Of a stretch of DNA of 64,000 nucleotides, positions 33,686 through 43,047 are shown piece after piece. Both the position numbers and the translations under genes were made by a program. Under the pieces are notes generated by a model. That model saw only the letters and a program-made list of their open reading frames with translations, did not search any database and was not told where the DNA came from. Positions within the stretch are counted from its first letter, which is position 1. Each line of letters starts with the position of its first letter. The DNA is taken from assembly GCA_963705305.1 (NCBI GenBank), contig OY970067.1, positions 5,120,001 to 5,184,000 on the forward strand. Reading direction: 5' to 3'. Source of the DNA: an uncultured Methylomirabilota bacterium. GTDB lineage: Bacteria > Methylomirabilota > Methylomirabilia > Methylomirabilales > 2-02-FULL-66-22.

Positions 33686-34884
33686 TGCCGGCCCGCCTGG
33701 AGGATTACCGGGAGGTCGCGCCGCGGGGGACGATCGACCTCCTGGTCCGGCTGGCCGAACGGCTGCAGGGTCGACGGTTCCTGCACGTGAACGCCAGCCG
33801 CTACGGGGCCGGAACGCCCGAGATCCTCAACCGGCTGGTGCCGATGCTGCGGGAGCTGGGGATCGATGCCGCCTGGGAGGTCGTGGTCGGCGACCCGGAT
33901 TTCTATACCAGCGTGCGGACCCTCGAGTCGGCGCTGGAGGGGCAGCCCGAACCGATTGCGCCGTCCGTCGTGCAGGCTTACACGGCCCCCGCCGCCCGAA
34001 ACGCCGCCGAGCTTCCCCTCGAGGCCGATCTGGTCATGCTGCACGACTTGGCCCCCCTGCCCCTGGCCCGCCATCGTCCCTCCCACGGCCGCTGGATCTG
34101 GCGCTGCCACACGGATCTGTCCAGGGCGTACCGGCGCGCCTGGCACCTGATCCGGCGGGAGGCGGAGCGGTGCGACGCCGCCGTCTTCTCGCTGCCGCGC
34201 TTTGCCCAGCGCCTGGGCGTCCCGATGCTCCTCATCCACCCTTCGGTGGATCCCCTCAGCGAGAAGAATCGCGACCTCGGCCGCCGCGACATCCAGCAGG
34301 TCCTGGCCCGCTTCGGCATCCCGCAGGACAAGCCGCTGCTCCTCCAGGTGGCGCCCTACGCCAGGAACAAGGACCCCCTGGGCGTGATTCAGGCCTACCG
34401 GCTGGCCAAGAAGTACGTGGACTGCCGCCTGATCCTGGCGGGATGGGGGGCGGCCGACAATCCGGAGGGCACCGCCGTCCTGGCGGACGTGCAGCAGTTC
34501 GCCGCCCGGGATCCCGACATCCACCCCCTGCTGCTGCCTCCCGATGCGGCGCTGGAGATCAACGCGCTGCAGCGCGCGGCGGCCATCGTGGTGCACAAAC
34601 CCCTGCAGGAGGACTTCGGATTGGCGGCAGCCGAAGCAATGTGGAAGGGGAAGCCGGTCATCGGCAGCCCCGCCGGCGGCCTCCCGACCCAGGTGATTTT
34701 CGAGGTCACCGGCTACATCGTGAATTCGGTCGAGGGGGCCGCCTTCCGGATTCGCCAGCTCCTGCAGAATCCGGACCTCATGATCCGGCTGGGCGGGGCC
34801 GCGCGGGAGTACGTCCGGCGGAATTTCCTGATCACCAGGCATCTGGGCGACTACCTGGCGCTCCTGGCCAACCTCACCGGATAG
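33685..34884 (+). CDS. TreT-like GT4 glycosyltransferase, degenerate paralogue
   Basis: Colinear with 37572..38837 (WRCH.D, KDP.GV, EINALQR, EAMWK.KPVI) but with several active-site motifs altered. Confidence 0.85.
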   Translation: MPARLEDYREVAPRGTIDLLVRLAERLQGRRFLHVNASRYGAGTPEILNRLVPMLRELGIDAAWEVVVGDPDFYTSVRTLESALEGQPEPIAPSVVQAYTAPAARNAAELPLEADLVMLHDLAPLPLARHRPSHGRWIWRCHTDLSRAYRRAWHLIRREAERCDAAVFSLPRFAQRLGVPMLLIHPSVDPLSEKNRDLGRRDIQQVLARFGIPQDKPLLLQVAPYARNKDPLGVIQAYRLAKKYVDCRLILAGWGAADNPEGTAVLADVQQFAARDPDIHPLLLPPDAALEINALQRAAAIVVHKPLQEDFGLAAAEAMWKGKPVIGSPAGGLPTQVIFEVTGYIVNSVEGAAFRIRQLLQNPDLMIRLGGAAREYVRRNFLITRHLGDYLALLANLTG

Positions 34885-34892
34885 GGGTTTGC

Positions 34893-36140
34893 ATGACGGA
34901 TACCATGCGCGCCGAGGATCTGCTCGCGGCTTCGGACCTCGCGGCGGTCGACGCCGCCGGACCGGTGGAGATCCTCGCGGGCCTGCATGCGGTCAACCAG
35001 GCCCGCAGTTTGCCCCAGCTTCTGGCGGCGACCGCCGGCGCCCTGGAACAGTCCTTCTCGGATCGGAAGGGATTGATCCTGGTGGCGGATGGGGGATCCG
35101 GGGATGAGACGCCGGAGGTCATGCAGGCCTGGACAAGCGCGCATTCGGACGCGCCGGCGATCCGCTGGCTGCGCCTGCCGGGTCAGCCCAGTCGGGGCCG
35201 GGCCGTCCTGGCCGTCCTGACGGTCGCCCTCCGTCTCCAGGCGACGGCCGTCGCGGTGGTCGATGCCGGTCTGGTGAGCCTGACCCCCGCGGGGATTGCG
35301 GGGCTGCTCGAGCCCCCGCTGGCCGGATCGGCGGCGTACGTCTCCCCCGCGTACGCCCACGCGGTCTCCGAGGGAACGCTCACCACCAACCTCCTGGCCC
35401 CCATGGCCCGCGCGCTGTACGGGGCGGGGATCCAGCAGATCCTGGGCGGCTGTGCCGGGATCAGCCGCAGCTTTCTGGAGCAATTCCTCCAGGCCGTCGG
35501 CGCGGAGCGGGACGCCGCCGAGCGCGGGGCGGAGATCTGGCTGCCGGTCGAGGCAATAGCGTCCCGGGCCGCCATCCAGGAGTCGTTCCAGGGTCGCAAG
35601 CGGCTGGACCCGGGGCTGGCCCCGCCGGACCTCGCCACCATCCTGGCCCGGACGGCAGGACCGTTCTTCGCCCTGATGGAGCGGTACCAGGAGGTCTGGC
35701 GGGACAGCCCGCGCTTCGGGGCGGTGCCGCAGTCGGGGGGAGCCGCGACGGTGTCGACAGAGATCGGGGAGGCGAATCTGGATCGAATGGTCCGGGGATT
35801 CCGCATGGGCCTCAAAGATCTGCTCCCGGTCTGGGAGCAGGTCCTGGCCGAAGAGACCCTGTCACAGCTCTACCCCCTGAGCCTTCCCGCCCCCGAGGAT
35901 TTCCGGTTTCCGGCCCCCTTGTGGGCGCGGGTCGCCTGCGACTTCGCCCTGGCGCACCACGAGCGCCGCCTGTCCCGGGACCACTTGCTTCGCGCCCTCA
36001 CCCCGCTCTACCTCGGCCGGGTGGCGGGCTTCCTCGCGGAGGTCCAGGCGGGGCCTCCCGGGCGTCTCGCCCAGACTCTGGAGGAGATCGGTCGGACCTT
36101 CGAGAAGGAAGTGGACTCCTTGCGAGCGCGATGGAGGTGA
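34893..36140 (+). CDS. GT2-like protein of the glucosylglycerate/mannosylglycerate synthase-like family, degenerate
   Basis: ILVADGGSGDET, GTLTTNL..P..RALYG, LWARV..DF, LTPLYLGRVAGF family signatures; DxD reads DAG. Confidence 0.75.
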   Translation: MTDTMRAEDLLAASDLAAVDAAGPVEILAGLHAVNQARSLPQLLAATAGALEQSFSDRKGLILVADGGSGDETPEVMQAWTSAHSDAPAIRWLRLPGQPSRGRAVLAVLTVALRLQATAVAVVDAGLVSLTPAGIAGLLEPPLAGSAAYVSPAYAHAVSEGTLTTNLLAPMARALYGAGIQQILGGCAGISRSFLEQFLQAVGAERDAAERGAEIWLPVEAIASRAAIQESFQGRKRLDPGLAPPDLATILARTAGPFFALMERYQEVWRDSPRFGAVPQSGGAATVSTEIGEANLDRMVRGFRMGLKDLLPVWEQVLAEETLSQLYPLSLPAPEDFRFPAPLWARVACDFALAHHERRLSRDHLLRALTPLYLGRVAGFLAEVQAGPPGRLAQTLEEIGRTFEKEVDSLRARWR

Positions 36141-36143
36141 GCG

Positions 36144-36845
36144 ATGCACGACACATGGACGGACATCCTGGTCACCTCGTTCCAGGAGGTGATGCACCGA
36201 CTGGCCCGGGTGGCGCCCCGCATCCTGGCCCTGGCGACCTTGATCCTCATCGGCTGGATCGCGGCCTCCCTCGTCCGCCGCCTCGTGATCCGCATCCTCG
36301 CCGCGGTCGACTTCGACCGCCGGTGCGCCCGCGGCGGCCTCACCGCCCCCCTGGAACGGGCGGGGATGCGGCAGCCTCCCACGGTCCTGGTCGGCCGCAT
36401 CATCTACTGGCTGATCTTTTTGATTGCGCTCCTGATGGGTGTCGAGGCGCTGGAGATGCCGGCCACCACCGGGCTGGTCAGCATGGTGCTCCGCTTCCTG
36501 CCGAACCTCATCGTCGCGAGCCTGGTCATGGTCACGGGATGGCTGCTGGCCAATTTCCTGGCCCAGGCCGTCCTGATCGGCGCCGTCAACGCCCAGATAA
36601 CCGGCGCGCCCCTCATCGCTGCGGGTGCCCGCTGGCTGGTCCTGGTCTTCGCCGGGGCGGCGGCCCTGACGCAGCTGGGGATCGCCCGCGAGATGGTCCT
36701 GCTGGCATTCGGGATCGCCTTCGGCGGAACCGTGCTGGCCCTGGCCCTGGCCTTCGGTCTGGGCGGAAAGGACCTGGCGCGCGAGATCCTGGAGAGCCGG
36801 CTGCGCAAGCGGGAGGAGGACCACGACCGGATGACGCACGTCTGA
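36144..36845 (+). CDS. Small-conductance mechanosensitive channel-related (CmpX/TM_helix-type) membrane protein
   Basis: APRILA..LIGW, FLPNLIVA, ALTQLGIA, LALAFGLGGKDLA; all-TM, no large cytoplasmic cage. Confidence 0.8.
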   Translation: MHDTWTDILVTSFQEVMHRLARVAPRILALATLILIGWIAASLVRRLVIRILAAVDFDRRCARGGLTAPLERAGMRQPPTVLVGRIIYWLIFLIALLMGVEALEMPATTGLVSMVLRFLPNLIVASLVMVTGWLLANFLAQAVLIGAVNAQITGAPLIAAGARWLVLVFAGAAALTQLGIAREMVLLAFGIAFGGTVLALALAFGLGGKDLAREILESRLRKREEDHDRMTHV

Positions 36846-36859
36846 GCCGGCATCCGGCC

Positions 36860-36883
36860 TTGGTCATTGGTCATTGGTCATTG
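36860..36883. repeat. Heptamer tandem repeat (TTGGTCA)x3
   Basis: TTGGTCATTGGTCATTGGTCATTG in the spacer before the DUF5752 gene. Confidence 0.8.
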
Positions 36884-36924
36884 ATTGATTGGGGTTCGGT
36901 CATTCGCAGTAAGGAGGGGAACCT

Positions 36925-37575
36925 GTGCGAGTTGTGGCCAACCAGCCCTTCACGTTTTACAGCGCCGCCCACATCGTGGAGCTGACCGGGCGGGAGGCCG
37001 CCAGCCTGCCGGAGCTGCGGGACGGCATCCGCGAGGTCACCGGCTCTAGCATCTTTCACCACACCTTCGGCGCCCTCCGCGATCGGCCCTTCGCCGCGCA
37101 GCGCTACACCAGCGACTTCGCCCGCTGGACGGCGGAGGTTCTCCAGGATTGGCCCGTCGCCGAGCGCCTGGCCTTCATGGACCCGACCGAATTCCCCTCC
37201 ATCCGCGCGTTGCGCGAGCGCATTCTCCAGGTGATCGATGACCGTCTGGCCGAGGGGCCGGAGGTTGCGCACGCGCCGCCGGGCCGGGAATTTCACTTCA
37301 CCCAATCCATCAGCATCATCTATCCGGTCGGCCGCCAGGCCCAGACGCTCTCGGAGCTTCGGGAGGGCATCCGGACGGCCGGCGCCCGCAGTCTTTTCTT
37401 CCACCTGGTGGAAGCGCGCCTCCGGATCGGACGCTGCACCAACGACCTGTCCACCTGGCTGGGCGACAGCCTGGAGGCCCCCGTCCTGGCCGGGCGCCTG
37501 GACAAGCTCGATCTCCTGGTCACCTCGCCGGAGGAGATCCGGCAGCAGGTGCTGGCGGCGCTGGAGGCGGCATGA
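36925..37575 (+). CDS. DUF5752 (OrfY-like) protein
   Basis: PFTF..SIFHHT..SDFARW..AERLA..FFHLVEARLR..NDLSTWL with internal duplication; TAAGGAGG RBS; ATGA overlap with treT. Confidence 0.85.
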   Translation: MRVVANQPFTFYSAAHIVELTGREAASLPELRDGIREVTGSSIFHHTFGALRDRPFAAQRYTSDFARWTAEVLQDWPVAERLAFMDPTEFPSIRALRERILQVIDDRLAEGPEVAHAPPGREFHFTQSISIIYPVGRQAQTLSELREGIRTAGARSLFFHLVEARLRIGRCTNDLSTWLGDSLEAPVLAGRLDKLDLLVTSPEEIRQQVLAALEAA

Positions 37576-38837
37576 GCTCACCCCACGTTCGGCTGGATGA
37601 TTATGTCCCGGTGATCGGATCCGCGGCCGTCGAGGAGATCCGCGCCCTGGCGCGATTCCTCGGGGGTCGCCGCGTCGTGATGGTGAACTCGACCGCGGTG
37701 GGCGGCGGTGTGGCGGAGCTCTTGAATCGCCTGATCCCCCTGCTGGACGATCTGGGCATTCCCACCCGCTGGGAGGTCCTGCAAGGGAACGAGGACTTCT
37801 TCGCCGCGACCAAGGCCATTCACAATGCCCTCCACGGCGCCCCGGCGGAGCTGACGGAGGCCATGCGGGAGACATTCCGCCGGGTCAATGCCGACAACGC
37901 GGCGCGACTGGACCTCGGCGCCGATCTCGTCGTGATCCACGACCCCCAGCCGGCAGCCCTGATCCTCTCCCGCCGGGAAGGCGCGGGACACTGGGTCTGG
38001 CGCTGCCATGTCGACGTGTCGCGCCCCCATCCGGCGGTCTGGGAATTCCTGCACCAGTACATGATCCGGTACGACGCCTCGGTCTTCTCCGCGCCGGAGT
38101 TCTCCCAGGTCCTGCCCATCACCCAGTACATGATCCATCCGGCCATCGATCCGCTGGCCGAGAAGAACCGGGACCTGGCGCCGGCCGAGATCGAGGCGGT
38201 CCTGGCGCGTTTCGGCATCCGGGACGACCGGCCCATCGTGACCCAGATCTCCCGTTTCGACCGCCTCAAGGATCCGGTCGGGGTCATCCAGGCCTACCGG
38301 CTGGCCCGGCGGACCGTGGAGTGCCAGCTGGTGCTGGCGGGGGGCGGGGCCACGGACGACCCGGAGGGCGCGGCCGTCCTGGAGAAGGTACGCCGGGCGG
38401 CCGATGGCGACCCGCTGATCCACATCCTGGAGCTCCCCCCGTTCAGCGACCGGGAGATCAACGCGCTGCAGCGGGCCTCGGCGGTGGTGATCCAGAAGTC
38501 GTTGCGCGAGGGCTTCGGCCTCACCGTCACCGAGGCCCTCTGGAAGAAGCGGCCGGTCATCGCCTCGGCCGTGGGCGGGATCCCCCTGCAGGTGGTCCAC
38601 AACCTCACCGGCCTCCTGGTCCACTCGGTGGAGGGGACGGCCCATCGCATCCGCTCGCTGCTCCGCGATCCGCAGTTCGCGCGGCGGCTGGGGGAGACCG
38701 GCCACGCATACGTCAAGACCCGCTTCCTGACCACCAGCAACCTGCGCAGCTGGCTGTGTCTGGGGATCTCGCTGCTCCACCCCGGAGAGCGCATCATCCA
38801 GCTTGCATCTCCTCCGGTGCGGGTCAGCCGGCGCTGA
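37572..38837 (+). CDS. treT: Trehalose glycosyltransferring synthase (GT4)
   Basis: VNSTAVGGGVAE, TKAIHNAL, IHDPQP, WRCHVD, QISRFDRLKDP, QKSLREGFGLTVTEA. Confidence 0.88.
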   Translation: MSSPHVRLDDYVPVIGSAAVEEIRALARFLGGRRVVMVNSTAVGGGVAELLNRLIPLLDDLGIPTRWEVLQGNEDFFAATKAIHNALHGAPAELTEAMRETFRRVNADNAARLDLGADLVVIHDPQPAALILSRREGAGHWVWRCHVDVSRPHPAVWEFLHQYMIRYDASVFSAPEFSQVLPITQYMIHPAIDPLAEKNRDLAPAEIEAVLARFGIRDDRPIVTQISRFDRLKDPVGVIQAYRLARRTVECQLVLAGGGATDDPEGAAVLEKVRRAADGDPLIHILELPPFSDREINALQRASAVVIQKSLREGFGLTVTEALWKKRPVIASAVGGIPLQVVHNLTGLLVHSVEGTAHRIRSLLRDPQFARRLGETGHAYVKTRFLTTSNLRSWLCLGISLLHPGERIIQLASPPVRVSRR

Positions 38838-38964
38838 GCCCGGGACCACGTGTGCGCCGTGGCGGCGTCTTGACTTCTTTCAACGCCGTCCCGGAATCAC
38901 CCGGCGCCGATCCAGCTTCGCATTGCACCTGGAGACTCCCTGAATTAGGATACATATCTTCACC

Positions 38965-41900
38965 ATGAACACACTCCCTGCGGACGCCCGACATCGCCCC
39001 CCCACAGGCCGCCGCTGGCGGCTTGCCGTCTTGGCCGGGATCCTCATCCTGGCCGGAATTGCGATCGCCTTCTGGCTGGCCGTCCGCGCGTACGCCCCCG
39101 CCCTGACGCGCGAGCGCATCCAGGCCGCACTCGGCGAGGCCCTGGGGCGCCCAGTCCGCATCCAGCGGGTTGTCCTCCAGCCCTGGCGCAGACGGGTCGT
39201 CCTGATGGATGTCAGCGTGGCCTCTGGCCCGAGCCGGACCGGGGCCCCGATGCTGCGCCTGGCCCGGGCCGAGGTGACCGCGGGGATCCGCAGTCTCTGG
39301 GAGCTCCAGGTAGTCCTGTCCAGGATCCGCCTGACCGATCTCGACCTGGCCCTCACGGCGGGACCATCCGAGAGCACGCCGCCGCCTCTCGTGCTTTCGA
39401 ATCATTTCCAGGCCGGACCGATCAGCCTCCGGATCGAGGAGATCGTTCTCCAGCACGGGCGCATCTCCTACAGCGATTCACAGAACCGCCGCAATCTTCT
39501 CGTCCAGGACCTGGAGGCCCGTCTGCGCCTGAGCCCTCGGGAGACCGGCGTGTCCGCCCAGGCCGGCGCGATTCGGTTCATCGCACCGGGCGTGGATGAG
39601 CGCCTGGACCGGCTGCAGCTGGACGGTCGGACCCTCCCGGACCGGATCGCCATCCAAAGCCTGTCGGCCCGCTGGCAGGGCCGCGAGCTTTCCCTGCGCG
39701 GCGAGGTCCGCCACCCGCTGTCGGCGCCGGACCTCTCCCTGCGCCTCCAGGCGACGGTGGACCTCGCCGACCTGGGGCGCCGGACAGGCCTCCATGTCGG
39801 GCTCGCCGGGATCGCCACCCTGCAAGCCGACCTACAGGGCGCCTTGGCTTCCCCGCGGGCGGCCGTACGAGTTGCCGTGCCGGATCTTGGCGTCGGACCG
39901 GTGGCGGCGCGAGGAGTCCAGGTCACCGGCGAGGTGCGGGGCCCCGTTGCCGCTCCAGATATCAGGCTGGCCGCCCGCGGGGAGGTGGACCTCGCCCGCC
40001 TCGGGCGAGCCCTCCAGCTTCCCCTCCCGCTGGGCGGGACGGCCACGGCGGATCTCACCCTGCGTGGAGCGCTCGAGGCTCCGGAACTCGGCGGCCAGAT
40101 CACCATCCCGGACCTGACGGCCGGACCCGTCAAGGCACAACGGGTCTCCGTCCGCGGCCTCTGGGCCGGGGGGACCTTGCAGGTCGAGCGGATCACCGCC
40201 AACCTTTTCGGTGGGAGTTTGGATGGATCGCTCCGGATGCGGCCGGACCGGCTTCAGGAGACATCCCTCCGCGTGGCCTTCCGCCAAATCGCTCTGCCCG
40301 CCCTGAAGACGCTGATTCCGAGGGCCCCGCGATTCGGGGGGACGCTCGACCTGCAGGCCGAGGTTGCCGGCGACCCGCGGGATCCTGCGAGTCTCCGCGG
40401 CCGCCTCAGCCTGGAGGGCGCGGGGCTCCGGCTCCCCGGGGGGCTGGACAGGGCCGGCGCCGGCAGCCTGTCCGCCCAGGCCACCCTGCGCGACCAGTTG
40501 CTCGAGATCCATCGACTCACGGCCGTTTGGCCAGGGCTGCACGGGCAGGCCAGCGGCGGGGTTGGGCTGAGCGGGCCTGCCACCCTCCGTCTTCAGGCGC
40601 AGGGCGACCTCGGAGTCCTGGGGCCGATCTGGGGGCTCCCGGATGTGGCCGGAACGGTCCTCCTCACCGCCGGGGCCGACGGCCGCTGGCCGGCGCCACA
40701 GATCACCGGCCGGCTGCTCGCCCCCAGCCTCAACGCGGCCGGCACGCGGGTGGATCGCATCTCCATCCCCTTCCAACTGCGCGATCGCCGCCTGGAGGTC
40801 ACCGGCGCGGAGCTGACGCTGGGCCAAAGCCCCGTGACCGCCACAGGGGCGCTGTCCTGGACGCACCCGGGACTCCTCCCGCTGGACGACTGGCCACGGT
40901 CGGTCCAGGGCCGCCTGGGCCTCCGCGCCCCCGCGGTCCGCCTGGAGGATCTCGACCGCTGGATCCCGCCCGCGTGGCGGGGCACCGGCCAGCTGGCGGT
41001 CACGCTCCACCTGGCGGGCTCCCCCGCGGCGTGGGACGGATCGGGCAGCCTGGCCGCCGACCGCCTGCTGGGACCCGACCGGATCCCCATCCAAGACCTG
41101 CGAGCCGCTGTCAAGGCTGACTCCAGCCGGCTCGAGGTCACAGCCCTCCGGGCTAAGCTGCGCGGGGTGCCGGTGGACGGACACGGCACCTGGGAGTGGG
41201 CCGGGGCGGGGCGGGCGGAGGCGGATCTGGGACCGCTGGACCTGGCCGCGATCCCCGAGGCGCCCGAGCGGCTGGCGCTCCGCGGCGAGGCGAGAGGCCG
41301 CCTCCAAGCCACGTACCGGAACGGCGCGGTCAGCGCCGGCGGGACGTTCCACCTGGCGGCGGCATCGGCCCTCGGCCTGCCCCCGGGCAACGGCGAACTG
41401 ACCCTTTCACTGCAGCGAGGGGAGCTTCGCGCCATGCTCAGCCTGCCGGCCGCGCGCCTGGCGGGGCAGCTCGAGGGGAGGCTGGGCGCCCGGCCGGTCC
41501 TGACGGCCCATCTGACAGTCCAGGACCTGGCTCTGGGGCCGATCATTCGTCGGAGCGTACCGGGCCAGACGGTGCCCCTCGACGGTCAGCTGTCGCTCAC
41601 GGCCGCGGCCACGATCCCAACCGACCGCCCTTCAGCCACGCGGGCCACGCTGGAGCTGTACCCCGTTCGACTCCTGGTCGTCGAGGAGCGCTGGGAGAGC
41701 CCCGACCCCGTTCTCCTCCGCTGGGAAGGCGGTGCAGTCCACGTGGACCGCCTGCGTCTCACCAGTCGGCTGGGAACCCTCGCCGTGTCCGGAAGCGCCG
41801 ACCCCGCCGGAAAGCTGAGCCTCGCGCTTCGCGGCGCGTTCCCCCTGGGAATCCTGCCCGCCCTCTTGCCCCAGGTCCATGAGGCCGGGGGGACCCTGGA

Positions 41901-43047
41901 GGCGACGCTGGATGCGACCGGGATGACCGCCGCTCCCCAGCTGAGCGGGGAGGCAACCGTCCGCCAGGGACGCATCCAGATCCAGGGCTATCCGGATGCG
42001 CTCCGCGAGGTCCAGGCGCGATTCCTCCTCTCCTCCACCGGCATCCGCCTCGTCGAGGCGACCGGCGCGCTGGGTCGAGGGCGCCTCCAGGCCAGCGGGG
42101 AGGCGACACTCCAGGGCTGGCAGGTCCGCTTTTATCGGCTTTCCGTCGCCGGGCGGAACATCTCGCTGCCGCCGACCGACCAGCTCGAGACGACGTGGGA
42201 CGTTGATTTGGAGCTGGCCGGACTCGGCCCGCGTGCACAGCTCAGCGGGACGGCGCATCTCGTCCGGGGACGCTATGCAGGCCAGCTCTCCCTGCGCTCC
42301 CTGCTGTTTGGAAAGGAGAAGGCGCAGTCCGGCGGGGCGGCGTTCGCCCTCCCGATCAAGATCCTCCTGCAGCTCGACAACAACCTGATGCTGGAGACCG
42401 AGCTGGCCCGCATGCGCGTGGGAGGCACCCTCAGCGTCGAGGGGACCACGGCCTCGCCGGCCCTGTTCGGCAGCCTGGAGGTCCGCGAGGGAAGCATCCT
42501 CTTTCGCAAGCACCAATTCACGGTGACGTCGGCCTCGGCCCAGTTCAGCGATCCGCGCCGGGTCGACCCCACCCTGAACGTCCAGGCCACGACCCAGATA
42601 CAAGACTACCAAGTGACCATGAGTCTCAGCGGGCGGGCCGATAATCTGACCGTCCACCTTTCTTCTTCCCCGCCGCTGTCCCAGGAGGATTTGCTGACCC
42701 TGGTGACATTCGGGGTGACGCGGGAAGAGTTCGGCCGGTCGGCGGCGGGCATCGTCGCCGGCGAGGCCGCACAGCTCCTGGTCCAGGAGTTCCTGGGCCT
42801 CAATACCACGAGCGCCGGCCTGGATGTCTTCGAGGTCGAGAGCACCGCGTCCGGCGGACACACCTTGCGTGTGGGAAAGACCGTCGCCAAGGGAACGCTG
42901 CTCATTTTCGAACAGCCCCTGAGCGGGACCGGGACCCAGAAGCTGCGGGTCGAGTACCAGGTGCTGGGTCCGCTCCTCATCACCGGAGAGCAGAGTTTTC
43001 AGGGGGGGTACGGGGCGGATCTCCTGCTCCGCCTCAGTTTTCGATAA
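38965..43047 (+). CDS. tamB: Translocation and assembly module TamB / AsmA-like protein
   Basis: N-terminal TM anchor, long amphipathic beta repeats, C-terminal LSSSPPLSQEDLLTLVTFG signature; adjacent to an Omp85 gene. Confidence 0.88.
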   Translation: MNTLPADARHRPPTGRRWRLAVLAGILILAGIAIAFWLAVRAYAPALTRERIQAALGEALGRPVRIQRVVLQPWRRRVVLMDVSVASGPSRTGAPMLRLARAEVTAGIRSLWELQVVLSRIRLTDLDLALTAGPSESTPPPLVLSNHFQAGPISLRIEEIVLQHGRISYSDSQNRRNLLVQDLEARLRLSPRETGVSAQAGAIRFIAPGVDERLDRLQLDGRTLPDRIAIQSLSARWQGRELSLRGEVRHPLSAPDLSLRLQATVDLADLGRRTGLHVGLAGIATLQADLQGALASPRAAVRVAVPDLGVGPVAARGVQVTGEVRGPVAAPDIRLAARGEVDLARLGRALQLPLPLGGTATADLTLRGALEAPELGGQITIPDLTAGPVKAQRVSVRGLWAGGTLQVERITANLFGGSLDGSLRMRPDRLQETSLRVAFRQIALPALKTLIPRAPRFGGTLDLQAEVAGDPRDPASLRGRLSLEGAGLRLPGGLDRAGAGSLSAQATLRDQLLEIHRLTAVWPGLHGQASGGVGLSGPATLRLQAQGDLGVLGPIWGLPDVAGTVLLTAGADGRWPAPQITGRLLAPSLNAAGTRVDRISIPFQLRDRRLEVTGAELTLGQSPVTATGALSWTHPGLLPLDDWPRSVQGRLGLRAPAVRLEDLDRWIPPAWRGTGQLAVTLHLAGSPAAWDGSGSLAADRLLGPDRIPIQDLRAAVKADSSRLEVTALRAKLRGVPVDGHGTWEWAGAGRAEADLGPLDLAAIPEAPERLALRGEARGRLQATYRNGAVSAGGTFHLAAASALGLPPGNGELTLSLQRGELRAMLSLPAARLAGQLEGRLGARPVLTAHLTVQDLALGPIIRRSVPGQTVPLDGQLSLTAAATIPTDRPSATRATLELYPVRLLVVEERWESPDPVLLRWEGGAVHVDRLRLTSRLGTLAVSGSADPAGKLSLALRGAFPLGILPALLPQVHEAGGTLEATLDATGMTAAPQLSGEATVRQGRIQIQGYPDALREVQARFLLSSTGIRLVEATGALGRGRLQASGEATLQGWQVRFYRLSVAGRNISLPPTDQLETTWDVDLELAGLGPRAQLSGTAHLVRGRYAGQLSLRSLLFGKEKAQSGGAAFALPIKILLQLDNNLMLETELARMRVGGTLSVEGTTASPALFGSLEVREGSILFRKHQFTVTSASAQFSDPRRVDPTLNVQATTQIQDYQVTMSLSGRADNLTVHLSSSPPLSQEDLLTLVTFGVTREEFGRSAAGIVAGEAAQLLVQEFLGLNTTSAGLDVFEVESTASGGHTLRVGKTVAKGTLLIFEQPLSGTGTQKLRVEYQVLGPLLITGEQSFQGGYGADLLLRLSFR

